A stretch of 23,298 nt of DNA from Tilletiaria anomala UBC 951 (taxonomy: Eukaryota), in NCBI RefSeq assembly GCF_000711695.1, contig NW_013547020.1, positions 434,001 to 457,298 of the forward strand, read 5' to 3'. Shown in pieces: positions 10,069-21,116 of the stretch. Positions within the stretch are counted from its first letter, which is position 1, and each line of letters begins with the position of its first letter. The position numbers and the translations under genes were made by a program. The notes below the pieces were generated by a model. That model did not search any database, was not told where the DNA came from, and was given only the letters and a program-made list of their open reading frames with translations.

Positions 10069-12152
10069 CTACACTGTGAATAAAGCCACCGGCGCATCGT
10101 ATAAGATCTCATCACAGTTCAGTTCCGGTGCTGTCTTGCTCTCGTTGACCACGCAAGCAAAGTCCGTAGGCGCGCTCCCAAGCGCGACCATGGGGTGGTG
10201 CCAGACACCGGGATGGTAGGAGATGCCTTGCGTCGTCTGCGCGTGGAACGCTGTCAGGGTCGACAGGTCCGGCTTGTCATCTTCACCACGTGAGGCGTGC
10301 GCACGTTGATAAATCGGGAAGTCAGCTTCTGGTTTGCGTATGGAGATATCATGTAACACACCTTTTCCATTAAGAGCTACAATGACCAAGTAACCTTCCT
10401 GACCTGTACTCGCTGCCGCTGCTGGTGTCATGGGAAAAAACGCCTGCGTGGTGAATTGATGCCGCTCAAGCACTTTAACACCCAACGGCAAGGAGAACGG
10501 AGTGCAACGGTAGAGATGGATGGAGGTTTCAGCCTGCACGCTCGCGTGAGTCTGATAGCTTGACAGCACCGGTGCCTGTGAGACAAACTTTTTCGCAGTG
10601 TCCTGGTTGACTTGTAGCACGTTGCTGTTGGCTGCGCAGGATGCGGAGGAAGGAAGGCCGATCACAGAGCCATATGGGACAAAGGCGTCTGTTGTGAGCG
10701 GCGCAGCCTTCGCAGGGGTGAGGTCAGATGCGCCTGGAACTTGAGGAAATGCTTTGTTCCGTGAGTCTGGAAACGGGATCGGCGGCAGGGGGTCGGCACG
10801 CCCGCTAAGCGGCGCTGCGCGTCGCCCCACGATTCGCACACGTTTGATGCCGCCGTCCTGCAGATAGAGAAGGTTGTCGGGAGTTAGTAATGTTCCCTGC
10901 GCAGTTTTGGAAAGGAGAGGAGCGCACCGGATGCATGGTGACCTTAACGTGCGTGTACGGCTTCCCCTCAACGGCTTGTAGGGGTAAAAAATGTTGTTTG
11001 CCAGGCCCCATCTTGGCCCTTGGAGCGATGAGCGTCCACTGGATCCCGCTCTCCTTCTCCCCTTCTTCCCCTTGACCCGCAGTGACAGGCCATTCCTCCA
11101 TGGAATCTCCAACGTGACAAGCATGCAGCTCGACGCTCTCTGGAAAGTTGCCGAGGAAGTGTGCCGTGTCAATCTCGGCATAGTTCAACAGCCCTGCTTC
11201 GCCGAGCTTGATGACGACGAAGTCCTTGTGCCCCGGCGAGCGTGAGCGCTTCGTCTCCCATCCATCTCCCATGTCCTTCCCGCGGCCTGGTAAGAGAAGG
11301 TTCGCACCGACGCCAAAGTGCTGGTCGGATGTGCTAGCGTAGTGCGAGCGAGTGGAATTCAAGTCAGAGTTCGGGTTTAGAGCAGAGATGAAGAGCACGA
11401 AAAGAAATCACGCACTAGACAACACGCCCACCATTCATGACATGTGCAAGATCAACCACATTTAAAGCTGCATCTGCAGTTTCCGGAGTTGCATGCTCGC
11501 TGAAGCCGAGGCCAAGTGGCGGCGGTGGAATGTTGCCGTACACTCGGAAACGTGCGATACCGCCATCGGGGATCATGTGCAGCTTGATGTGGGTAAAGTG
11601 GGTAGCAGGGGGCGAGGTGAGGACAAAAAGATGTCGGGAAGATGGACCGCACGGAGTCTTTGGCAGGACACATTCCCACTACAATAAGAGCGTGGTCAGA
11701 CGAGTTCAAACCATGTGCAGACATCTTTCATCGCTCACGCGAGGGTCTGTATCTTTCAAGGCTTCGCTCTTTGCCTCCTCGTCTGGCGGTATCGCGATAG
11801 CGTAAATCTGTACCTCTGGGGCTTCATTTCCATTAAAGTTGGCCGTGTCGACATCGAAACCCTTGATGAAAGCGCCTGCCTTGGGACCCAATCGCAGGAT
11901 GACCCAGTCATACGGTTGGGAGTTGTGTCGCCGTGTCTCCCAACCATCGAAGAGCGCACCGGCAGGTCCGAACTGGCCTTTCATCGATTGCGCGGGAGGT
12001 ACCTTGAGCAGATCAGATGCAGGCGCAAACCACTCATCGCTGCAGGAGAGGACATGGCCGCCGAGCGCTACGGAGGAGACTTCGGTCGATGTCGCGCCCA
12101 GCACGCGGTCAAAGTTCTCGAGTGGGACCTGCTCGAATGCGGGCGATGGCAT
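10069..12152 (-). CDS. Allantoicase - ureidoglycolate lyase (hydrolase) fusion protein (DAL2/DAL3-like), ~596 aa, 5 exons
   Basis: Exons 12152-11739, 11678-11416, 11333-10928, 10857-10362 and 10280-10069. Two allantoicase repeats (SDEWFAPA..DGWETRRHN..DTANFNGN..PDGGIARFRVYG; SDQHFG..MGDGWETKRSR..DTAHFLGNFP..PDGGIKRVRIVG) are followed by ureidoglycolate lyase motifs LERHQFTTQAFFPM and QGISYHPGVWHHPM. Confidence 0.92.
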
Positions 12153-12695
12153 GGTGGTAGTTTGTGTCTGCAATGGAATGAAAAAGGAGTTTGCGGGGGC
12201 GAAGGCGGAGGCGCTCAATCTGACCAAATGTGCAGGTGAGAGGGGTACAAAGGTGCGAAGCGAGCTGCAGCAGGTGGCATCGAAAGCGAGTATTTAAGCA
12301 TATCTCCTTCAGGCGGGACATGCGTTCGCTCTCGTCGCAGATCCACCAATGTCCTTCGGATGTCACTTCCGCGATTCCGGACTAGACGGCTTTGCTTCCG
12401 AAAGGTTTCGGGAATTAGGGTTTCTGCTCCCATGCCACCTTCACGTTCGTCTTACCCCACGAATCCCCGCGGAGGTTCCTTCGTATCATCACAGCGGTAA
12501 GACATAGTACAGGAAAAGAGCGTAATCTCGGCCGTATTCCATCAGAAGTCTCGGCTGGCTAGAGGATTTGGCCCTGCCGTTTCCCTGCGCAACATCTCGC
12601 TCATCGATTTCCCATGCAGCCTTTTTCCGGGTACCGCAGAATCGCAGTCGGCATCGCCATTACTCGTCGCCTGGCGGTGTGCTTCCGACAGCTAT

Positions 12696-14146
12696 TTATG
12701 GTATGGGCGAATATTTCTGATCAAGCTGCAGCAGGAACCTGGCAACGTACTGTACCAAGAAAAGTGTTAAATTAATATCAGCCCGGCGTTTTCAGGGTTC
12801 GCAAAAGCATGCATCGATGACTTACGTTGTACTCGGGACCGGCGATGCGCACGAAGAGGAAGTAAATGATGGAAATGAAGAAGAGCACGAATGTGAATGG
12901 GCGGCGAGCCACTACATCTGCAAGTATAGGAAAGAAGAGGGTCAGGTATAGGGGAAAGGGGAGAAACAGAGACCAAAAGCGAAAACGCGAACAACCAAGA
13001 CGCACCTATCACGCCAGCCGACGCGACCTTTTCGCCCTTCTGCCACCTCTCCCACGTATCCGCCTCGCGGCTAGGGTTGAGCTTGGCCATACGCACGTTC
13101 CAGTCGAGCATCTTGCCGCTGGGAAGGTGGTAGACGCAGAGCGTCGGCGCGGCGATGATGTTGAGCTTGCTGGCGAGGTGGACGCGCGAAAAAGGACGCA
13201 AGTACGCCTCGCCGGACGTGTCCGAGTGCGAGAGCGACTCGTCAATATCTGCCTCACCAGCCAGCAAAAAGTTCTCCGCATTGTACAGCGCAGCGGAAGG
13301 GTGTGGCATAGCGGCCAGGTCCTTTTGTGTCGCCGTTGTCGTCGCGCTCGATGGTGTTTCGCTCGACGACGGGTCCGGCGACGAGCCGTCGGTCCACACC
13401 ATCGAAACCCACGGCTTGCCCTTTATGCCGGCCTTGTACCACTGCTCATCCACATCGACGCTGACGTAGACCACTTTGAACTCGTTTGGATGTCGCAGAC
13501 AGAAATTGGTGATGGTCTTGTGGTACTCTTTGAGCGGCTGCCCTGCCCACTGGCTGCTGAAGTAGAAGCCGACGCACTTAACGTCTCTCCCGAAGTGCTT
13601 GCGCAGATTGATCGCCTTGCCGCGCTCATCGACCAACCGGAGCCTGCGCAGGAGCGGGTCTGGGTGTTGATACTGCACTGCGGGCGGTAACTTCTTGTAC
13701 TGTGACGCGGACGGCTTGAGCGCTGAGCGCAGCGTCGGTTGCCCGGAAAGCGTCGGGTGAGACGAGGGTTGCGCGCTGAATCCGGCCGCTGAGACGGAGA
13801 CTGGGATGGACGCGACCGAGGAAGAGGTGGACATGTCGTTGAGGACAGCGCCATTGGCACCACCTGCGCCTGCGCCGATACCTGCAGCGGATGCGCCATC
13901 GGCACTCGGCATCGCGCTGACGGTTACGCTATCCTCTACCCCAAAAGAGACAGAGCGCCGCGGTGTACGTGCGCCAGGCCGCTCGAAACCGGCTACCTCA
14001 ATGCTTGCTGGATCTACGTTCGGCGGGGGAAGCGCTGCCATCTCCGTCAGCTTCGCAACCGGTGCCGGCAAGGAATGCTGCGAAGGGGCAGCATCAGTCG
14101 TACCAAGCGTGTGAGCGACGCGGTCGGTGTCGGTATTAATATGCAT
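12696..14146 (-). CDS. Nucleoredoxin/tryparedoxin-like thioredoxin-fold protein lacking the CxxC site, with a disordered N-terminus and a C-terminal transmembrane helix (start could instead be 14041)
   Basis: Exons 14146-13006, 12917-12826 and 12749-12696 join in frame. The segment KCVGFYFSSQWAGQPLKEY...FKVVYVSVDVDE...KPWVSM...LASKLNIIAAPTLCV resembles the Thioredoxin_8 pattern. Hydrophobic FTFVLFFISIIYFLFV lies near the C-terminus. Confidence 0.75.
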
Positions 14147-14366
14147 TGCGCAGGAGCCAAGCGAGGTGTGCGAAAGCAGGCAGGGGGGCTTTGTCAGGAC
14201 TGAGACGATCGGCGCGGTCTTGCATGCGCGTGTGGCGTGCACAGAGGACATACCTTATTTCCGCCCTATGCGCCTTCCTTGGCCTTTTTATAGAGGCCGC
14301 AGTTTGTAGCTAAACGTGCAACGACTCAATGGACTGTAGCCCCGGTTGTCACAGGCCGGGATTGAC

Positions 14367-14378
14367 GGGGGGGGGGGG
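14367..14378. repeat. G12 homopolymer in the divergent intergenic region
   Basis: Twelve consecutive G. Confidence 0.9.
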
Positions 14379-15083
14379 AGTGCGTGCCTTGTCGTACCTA
14401 TCGACGAAAGAAGAGCGGTTCGCACATGCATATGCAACTATACAACGCGGATTCAACGAACCGATGATGGCGAGAGGTGACGAGAGCGGAGAGACGGGGC
14501 GTGCCTTTGCTGTTGGCATTGGCTTTTTCGTATTGGGATGGCCCACGCGCCGCAAGGAAGTGCCGCACCACCACCCAATCAAATACGTAGGCTAATGACC
14601 GATGAGGCGCTCGGAGGCCCGAGTCCGGATTGAAGCGCAGCCTTCCATGGCCACTCTTGAATACTATGTATAAAATCTACTTGCCCTTCACAAACCATCC
14701 AAAAAACCCTTTGCACTGGCCTCATCGTCCGTCCACATGCTCCAGAAGTGGTAACGCAGACGTGATGCTCGTTGCTGCTACTGCCTGGTGAGTTGTGGGG
14801 CCTTGGGGCGACGAATTCGGGGAGTTTTGAAAGGACTGCTCCGGATGAATAACCCTACTTGAGTCCCTCGCCTTTCTTTTTCTGCGGCAAGGCTTTGCCC
14901 AGGAGAAAGAAAGAAAGGAAGAAAGTGCGACGCATCGGAGTATCGCTCGACTAGTTGCACAGAATCACTTGATGCATCTCTTCCTCAAAAGATTTTGAGA
15001 TTGTTGGTAGCGACTCAATACCCATCACGCAGGTTGAGAACGTCACCACGAGCACTTGCCTCGCCAAAAAACCTAGGAAGTTC

Positions 15084-17201
15084 ATGGGCGTGCTGTTGCG
15101 CTCATCAAAGCTAGCCGCCGCTGCCGCTCCCACGCTCCGATCGGTCGGTAAACGTTGCACACCTCGAGGCCCTGCGACTCGGACAGCGACTGCAATTGGA
15201 TCTTCATTTGGTGCTCGTCCACGTGTGCCAACATACAAGCCACTTCATATCGCCTCTTCAGACAGTCGGCCTGAAGAAGTCAATATGGCGGCATCACAGA
15301 CTGGCCAACTGGGTAATGACCAAACTGCCGCGCTGCAGGCCTCCATCTTAGAGCAAGGCCACAAGGTCCGTGAACTCAAGGCTGCCAAAGCGAGTCCGGA
15401 AGAGGTCAAAGCTCAGGTAGATGTTCTGCTCGAGCTCAAAAAACAAATGGAACTCCTCACAGTCGGCGCAGGCGGTAGCGCAAGCGGCTCCAAGAAAGGA
15501 TCTTCGGGTGGGAAGCTGGTCATAAAAACACCCAAGGGGACGCGGGATTGGGAGCCATTGTCGATGGCACTCCGATCACAGATATTCTCCAAGATCACCA
15601 AAGTATTCGAGACGCACGGCGCTGTCACCATCGACACACCTGTCTTTGAACTTAAGGAGATTCTCACCGGAAAATATGGCGAGGATGGAGGGAAACTCAT
15701 CTACGACCTGCAGGACCAGGGTGGAGAACTCTGCAGTCTGCGGTACGATTTGACTGTTGGTAATTCAGCCCCGCGCTCATTGCGCTCACTAACGAGACCC
15801 AAAAACATAATCTGATGCTGCTGATTGTCCTACAGGTCCCCTTCGCTCGATTTGTCGCCATGAACCCATCCGATTACGGCACCATCAAGCGCTACCACAT
15901 CGCCAAGGTCTACCGACGAGATCAGCCGGTGATGACCAAGGGCCGCTTCCGCGAATTCTACCAATGTGATATCGACATTGCCGGCGTGTACGACCCCATG
16001 GTGCCGGATGCAGAGGTGCTCTCCATCCTTGTAGAGGCGCTCGAAGCCCTCGAGATGGGCGAGTTCACCATCAAGATCAACCACCGCAAGATCCTCGATG
16101 CCATCTTTAGCATCTGTGGCGTGCCAGAAGAGAAGATCCGTACCATCTCTAGCGCAGTGGACAAACTCGACAAGTCGCCCTGGAGCGAGGTTAAGCGGGA
16201 AATGGTTGTCGATAAGGGTCTGGACGAAAGCATCGCCGATCACATCGGCGAATACGTCAAGCTCAAGGGCTCACGCGACCTGCTTGAGAAGCTCGAGATG
16301 GACGAAAAGCTTTCCGCTCACCCGCTTGCAGCGCAGGGTCTCAAGGATATGGCGCTTCTTTTCAACTACCTCGACATCTTTGGCGTCACACGCCGTATGA
16401 GCTTCGACCTTAGCCTCGCTCGCGGCCTCGATTACTATACTGGCATCATCTACGAGGCCGTCACATCTGCCTCCGCCCCGCCAGGCTTCACCGAGGAAGG
16501 TGCAGCAGCCAAGCCCATTGTGCGGTCAGAAAGTTCGGCCAGCAGCAGCAAGAAGAGCAAGAAAAAGCCTGAGGGGGAAGATGAGGAGGTCGACGAGAGC
16601 ACGGTCGGCGTCGGCTCGATCGCTGCCGGCGGGCGGTACGATAACCTTGTCGGCATGTTCTCCAACTCGAAGAAGCCCGATGCAGTACCCTGCGTTGGCG
16701 TCAGCATCGGCGTCGAGCGCGTGTTTGCTATCAAAATGCAACAGCTCAGGGACGCACAGGCGAGGGGAGAGCCGATGAGCGTCAGACCCAAGAAGGTAGA
16801 GGTCTTTGTGATGAACATGGGTGATGGTCTGCTTGCCGAACGCATGCAAGTCGCCAAGATGCTTTGGGACCACGACATCAAGGTGCGCTGGGGTGCTCTC
16901 GTTTCCGCACGACCATCTGTCACAGGCTGACTTTCTCCTTTTTCTTTTCCTTTCTTTGACGCAGGCCGAGTTCCTGTACAAAAACAAGCCAAAAGTGCAG
17001 CAATCCTTCGCGGCGATCGAGAAGGACCGCGTACCGTTCGCCGTCATGCTGGCACCAGAAGAGTGGAAGGCCGGTATCGTACGCGTCAAGGCGCAGCTGG
17101 GCAAAGGCAGTGAAGAAGGCGCGGGCAAAGGCGACGAAGTCAAGTTGGACAAACTAGTTTCGTATCTCAAGAGTAGGATCGCCGAGATGACACAGGTGTA
17201 A
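15084..17201 (+). CDS. HTS1: Histidine--tRNA ligase with WHEP domain; likely mitochondrial (ATG 15084) and cytosolic (ATG 15285) isoforms; 3 exons
   Basis: Exons 15084-15755, 15836-16882 and 16965-17201. Motifs: [97 protein letters not shown]-like segment [32 protein letters not shown]. Confidence 0.97.
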
Positions 17202-17269
17202 ACGCGTGCGTTGGTGTAGAATGCAGCGTGAAGTTTCCTCACAATACATGAATGCATGCTGCGAAGTGA

Positions 17270-18714
17270 TTATATGTGATGATGCGTCTGACGCGCTTCC
17301 AGCGCCACTCTCAGCGGCCGCAGGAGCTCGTCCAAAGGGTTCTTGCGTTGAGTAACAGGATCAATGTTGAAAAGTTTCGCCATGTCTTCGATACTCTTCG
17401 CCTGTGCCATCTTCTGCTTCAAAGTGTTCGCATCGGCTTTCGACAACGCATTCTTGCCTTGCTCCCCTTCGTAAGGTTTGCTGACGGGCTTGCTCTGTTC
17501 CTTCTTGCTCGCACTGGGCGCGGCCGGTTGCAATGCCGGGCGAATGGCCAGTTGGTTCATGCAGTACTTGGTGTTTCCAAAGGGGTTATCGAGCGCCAGT
17601 GCATAGCGCACCCAAGCTGGTGCTACGACACTCTTGACGCTTAGGGGTGGAGCCGATCGCCGAAAGACGCTCGGATTGGACTCAGCGCCGCGGGCAATCA
17701 TGGCCGCAGTGACGCCTGTGAGGTCCATGATCCGCTGCGCCTCCTCCGGGTCCCAGCAGTCGCCATTGACGACCACGGGGACTTGTCCAGCGCTTTCCAC
17801 CTTGATCACCTGTGCAATTTCAATCAGACGCGAACTCAACGCCTTTTCGCGTGGTCGCATTTCTTTTGTGCGGCAGTGGACAGTGATGGCGTCTACAGTG
17901 CTGGTGCGAACAATTTTTTTGACCAAGTCGAGGGTCTCTTCTTGCGTTGGTAGCAGGCGAATCTTGCACGTCACGCTCACATGCGAGGGTGCAGCTTTGC
18001 GCATGGCTACGAGAATATCGCAGAGAAGATCAGGTGTGGAGAGCAAGTTGCTGCCCATTCCTCCGTGCGTGCTGAAAGGCTTGGGGCAGCCGCAATTGAG
18101 ATCCACGCCCGCGACATCCTGCGCAACGTGGGACACGGCCGCATATGCGAGAGCCGGGGTGGCGCTACCGAGTTGGAAGATCATGTATGGCTTTTCGATC
18201 GGGTGCGTAGAGAAAACCTCCCGTTCTGCCGAGCCGGCGTCGGCTGGCCTACTGCCGGCAGCATCTGCGCGAATATATCTTATGATACCAGTGCGGTCTG
18301 ACGACAGAGAATGTCAGCACTTTTTTGAGGAATTGATCCGTTTAGCTCGAACTCACTATCTACGACGCGGTCAGTACCGATTATTGCTCGGTCAACAATC
18401 TCTGGACTCCAAACCAGATCAGCGCCATGTTCCAGCGAGATGAGGCGAGTTGGCAGTGTCCCGATGCGAACCATAGGTGCGAGGAAGAGACCTTTGGAAA
18501 AATCGATCCTTGATGTGGATTTGGGTAGTGGAGTATCTGGCACGCCCTTGACGCCCATGCGTTCCATGTAGTCTGCTTGCCGTGCCTTTTGAGATTGTGC
18601 AACCTTGAGCTGCTTGTCCACCTCTTCGCCAGTATCTTGAACTCTCCGCCGTTTTGCAGGGGGCGGAGGATCGGTGACAGTATCAGCTGTACGTAAGGGG
18701 GTGACTGAAGGCAT
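17270..18714 (-). CDS. DUS2: tRNA-dihydrouridine(20) synthase (Dus2/Smm1), ~461 aa, 2 exons
   Basis: Exons 18714-18357 and 18297-17270 (intron 18298-18356). Motifs: LAPMVRIGTLPTRL...GADLVWSPEIVD, IFQLGS, DLNCGCPKPFS..GGMGSNLL, VTCKIRLL, ITVHCRT, VVVNGD, MIARGAESN, DNPFGNTKYC. Confidence 0.92.
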
Positions 18715-19280
18715 CTTGAATGTGTAAGTTCTCGCTTTGAGGTAGTTTATTCGAAGGTCTTTCAACCAGCAAGGAAAGATATTATCGATCGCTCTGATGG
18801 GTCGGATCTTGATCACTAGCGAAGTGGCAACGAGGTGCGCGGACACCACGCGGCTACAAGGCAGTAAGGCGCCGGCCATGCAGTATACTCGTTTGAGGAT
18901 CTTAATTTCACCTAATGCAAACGAGGCGTCTGTCCGGCAGTATCAGGATGGGTCACTGCATATAGGCCATGTGGGTCAAACTCAAGATGAGGCAAGGATG
19001 AGAGGGATATGGATACAGTAAGATGGAAAATGAATGAACGCAAATTTGATGTGGCCAGTACTGACATACAATAACCCTACTTGGGGGCGTACTATGTGCG
19101 TGGCTTTACAATACACCACACATGCGGTCCTAGTTGGCGCGGCTTTCTCGACACCAACTGAACTCGACTTGTTCGTATCACCATTTTCGTCACATAGGCA
19201 GCGACTGCATTCATCCCCACTGTCATCAACTCCCGGATTGCTAACGTACAAGGGTTCGAGCCGCGCAGCAGTTGATTAGG

Positions 19281-20812
19281 ATGGCGAAGAAAAAGAAGGG
19301 CCCGACTCTGGAGGCGTGGTGTTGGTACTGCGAGTAAGTTCGGAGTTCTCGACTACTTATTCCTGCAGCTGGTCTTTCCACATGTGCTGACTCTACCACT
19401 TTCTTTTTTCATCTGGGCCAGCCGTGAATTCGAAGATGAGAAAGGTGAGGCTTATTCCTTCACTGTTTCATGGGCAGAACTGGCAGACTGAAGGGCCTGG
19501 AAATCTTTCCCATCTGCACAGTTCTACTGCAACACCAGAAGGCCAAACACTACCGATGTCCGCAATGCCCCAGAAGGCTGAACACTGCCGGTGGACTTGC
19601 TGTTCATCTGCAGCAAGTCCACAAGTCAGAGCCCGGAAGGTGAGTCCAAGGATTGCTTTTATAAGACTTTGAACAGCAAAGCTCCAAGTGCTAACATGGC
19701 CGCTTTGTGGCTGCAGGCTTGAGAATACACTTCCGGGGCGAGACACTTTCGATATTGAAATCTATGGCATGGAAGGTATTCCTGCTGCAGATCTCGCAGA
19801 GTATCACTCTCGAAAAGCGGCAAGGGCTGCAGGAACCGATGGGGGCGGTGGTGGAGAATTCAGATCGAGCAAGAAGCCACGCGTTGACAAGAGCGTGATC
19901 CCTGCCGACCGGCTCCGCGCTCAGCTCGAGGCGCACAAGGCGCTTATGGCAGGGAAAGCACCGCCTCTGAGTGTGATGAGCGCATTGGCTGGTATGGCCC
20001 CGCCTGGATTATATGCTGGTCCACCGCCTGGATTCGCGTGAGTCGGGCATGCAACACTTCCTTTGTAGAGACAATTTAGCTGATTTTGCTCCGCAAATAG
20101 GCAAATTCGACCGCTCCCAGGACCATATAGCGGGCCACCACCGGCTTTCCCTCCTCCGGGCTTTAGCGGTTCGCCCCCGGGTATGCCAGGCGCCGCCCCT
20201 TCCACGCCGTCTGCGGCGCCGCCTGCAGCTCCCCAGCCATCTCCGCACCAGCGAGCCATCAAGAGCGGCGCAAAGAGCCGGATGGTGTACACAGATGCGG
20301 TACTGTCACCTGACGAGAAGCTTGCAAGCACCAGCAAGTACACTTATCTCGATCCTGAGGACCCTGCGGACGCTATGAAGATTCAGGCGCAGCAGCAAGC
20401 TAACGTGCTCCCAGGCTGGCAACAATTCCGCGCGGTTCAACCACCTCCCGCTCCTGCCCAGGGTCCTCCTGGCTATGGTGCGGCCTATGGTAGATTCAAC
20501 ACAGGCGCACCAGCACTGCCACCGCCGATGGTGACACTGTCACAGCAAGTTCAAGCTTACCCTATTGCATCACCTGGCAACGCAGCGCCGGCGAGTGCAG
20601 ACCCAGAAAATCTCACCACCGAGGCGCTCGCCACTGCCAACGCGGCTGTTGTAGCTGATCCAGCAGCCGCTATGCAGCACGAGGCAGACATAAAAAGTAT
20701 GCATGTGAATGCCGCTACCGCCGCCGCCGACAGCGAGATGGCGGACCAGGACAGCAGCCAGGGCGGGCTTGTTGCTGGCCAGAAGAGGGCCAGAGCTGCA
20801 GACTTGTTCTAA
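19281..20812 (+). CDS. ZNF207/BuGZ (SUF4-like) tandem zinc-finger protein with Pro-rich region and GLEBS-like motif, ~408 aa, 5 exons
   Basis: Exons 19281-19333, 19422-19444, 19522-19639, 19717-20037 and 20101-20812 splice to [60 protein letters not shown]...[18 protein letters not shown], the hallmark ZNF207 N-terminus. Later [19 protein letters not shown]. Confidence 0.92.
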
Positions 20813-21037
20813 TGGTAGGGGAGCAAGGCCATTGTGCCAAACTGCGAAAGCGAGCAGCGATGGATCGAGGGCGTGTCGCAGACAAGTACAAATGACGTTA
20901 CAGAGCCTAGAACTGCTCGCTGAAGGGGCACAGGTCTAGCTCATTAGACTCAGCATTGCAGTGCTGACGGTACACATTGGGGTGTACCTGTGCAATTGCG
21001 CTGCAATGATGTAGAAAAATCACAGTCAGCGGCGCGG

Positions 21038-21069
21038 AAGTCAGTGTGGCCCAAAGTCAGTGTGGCCCA
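21038..21069. repeat. Perfect 16-bp tandem duplication (aagtcagtgtggccca)x2
   Basis: Directly visible at 21038-21053 and 21054-21069. Confidence 0.9.
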
Positions 21070-21116
21070 AGCGGCACAGGGAGCTCTGGCGAGCGTCTAG
21101 TGCCTCTTTGCTTTGC

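Noticed and set aside
12866..13690. 274-aa plus-strand ORF (likewise 17634..18443 + and 16526..17257 -)
   Set aside because: Antisense to well-supported genes and no recognisable motifs.
18880..19280. Intron-like signals (GTAAGA, CTGAC, GCTAAC) and short ORFs upstream of the zinc-finger gene
   Set aside because: Could be 5'-UTR introns, but cannot be resolved without transcripts and no coding model emerged.
21038..21069. Direct repeat considered as CRISPR-like or LTR/TSD evidence
   Set aside because: Two adjacent copies with no spacer, eukaryotic context, and no transposase or RT motifs in the window.
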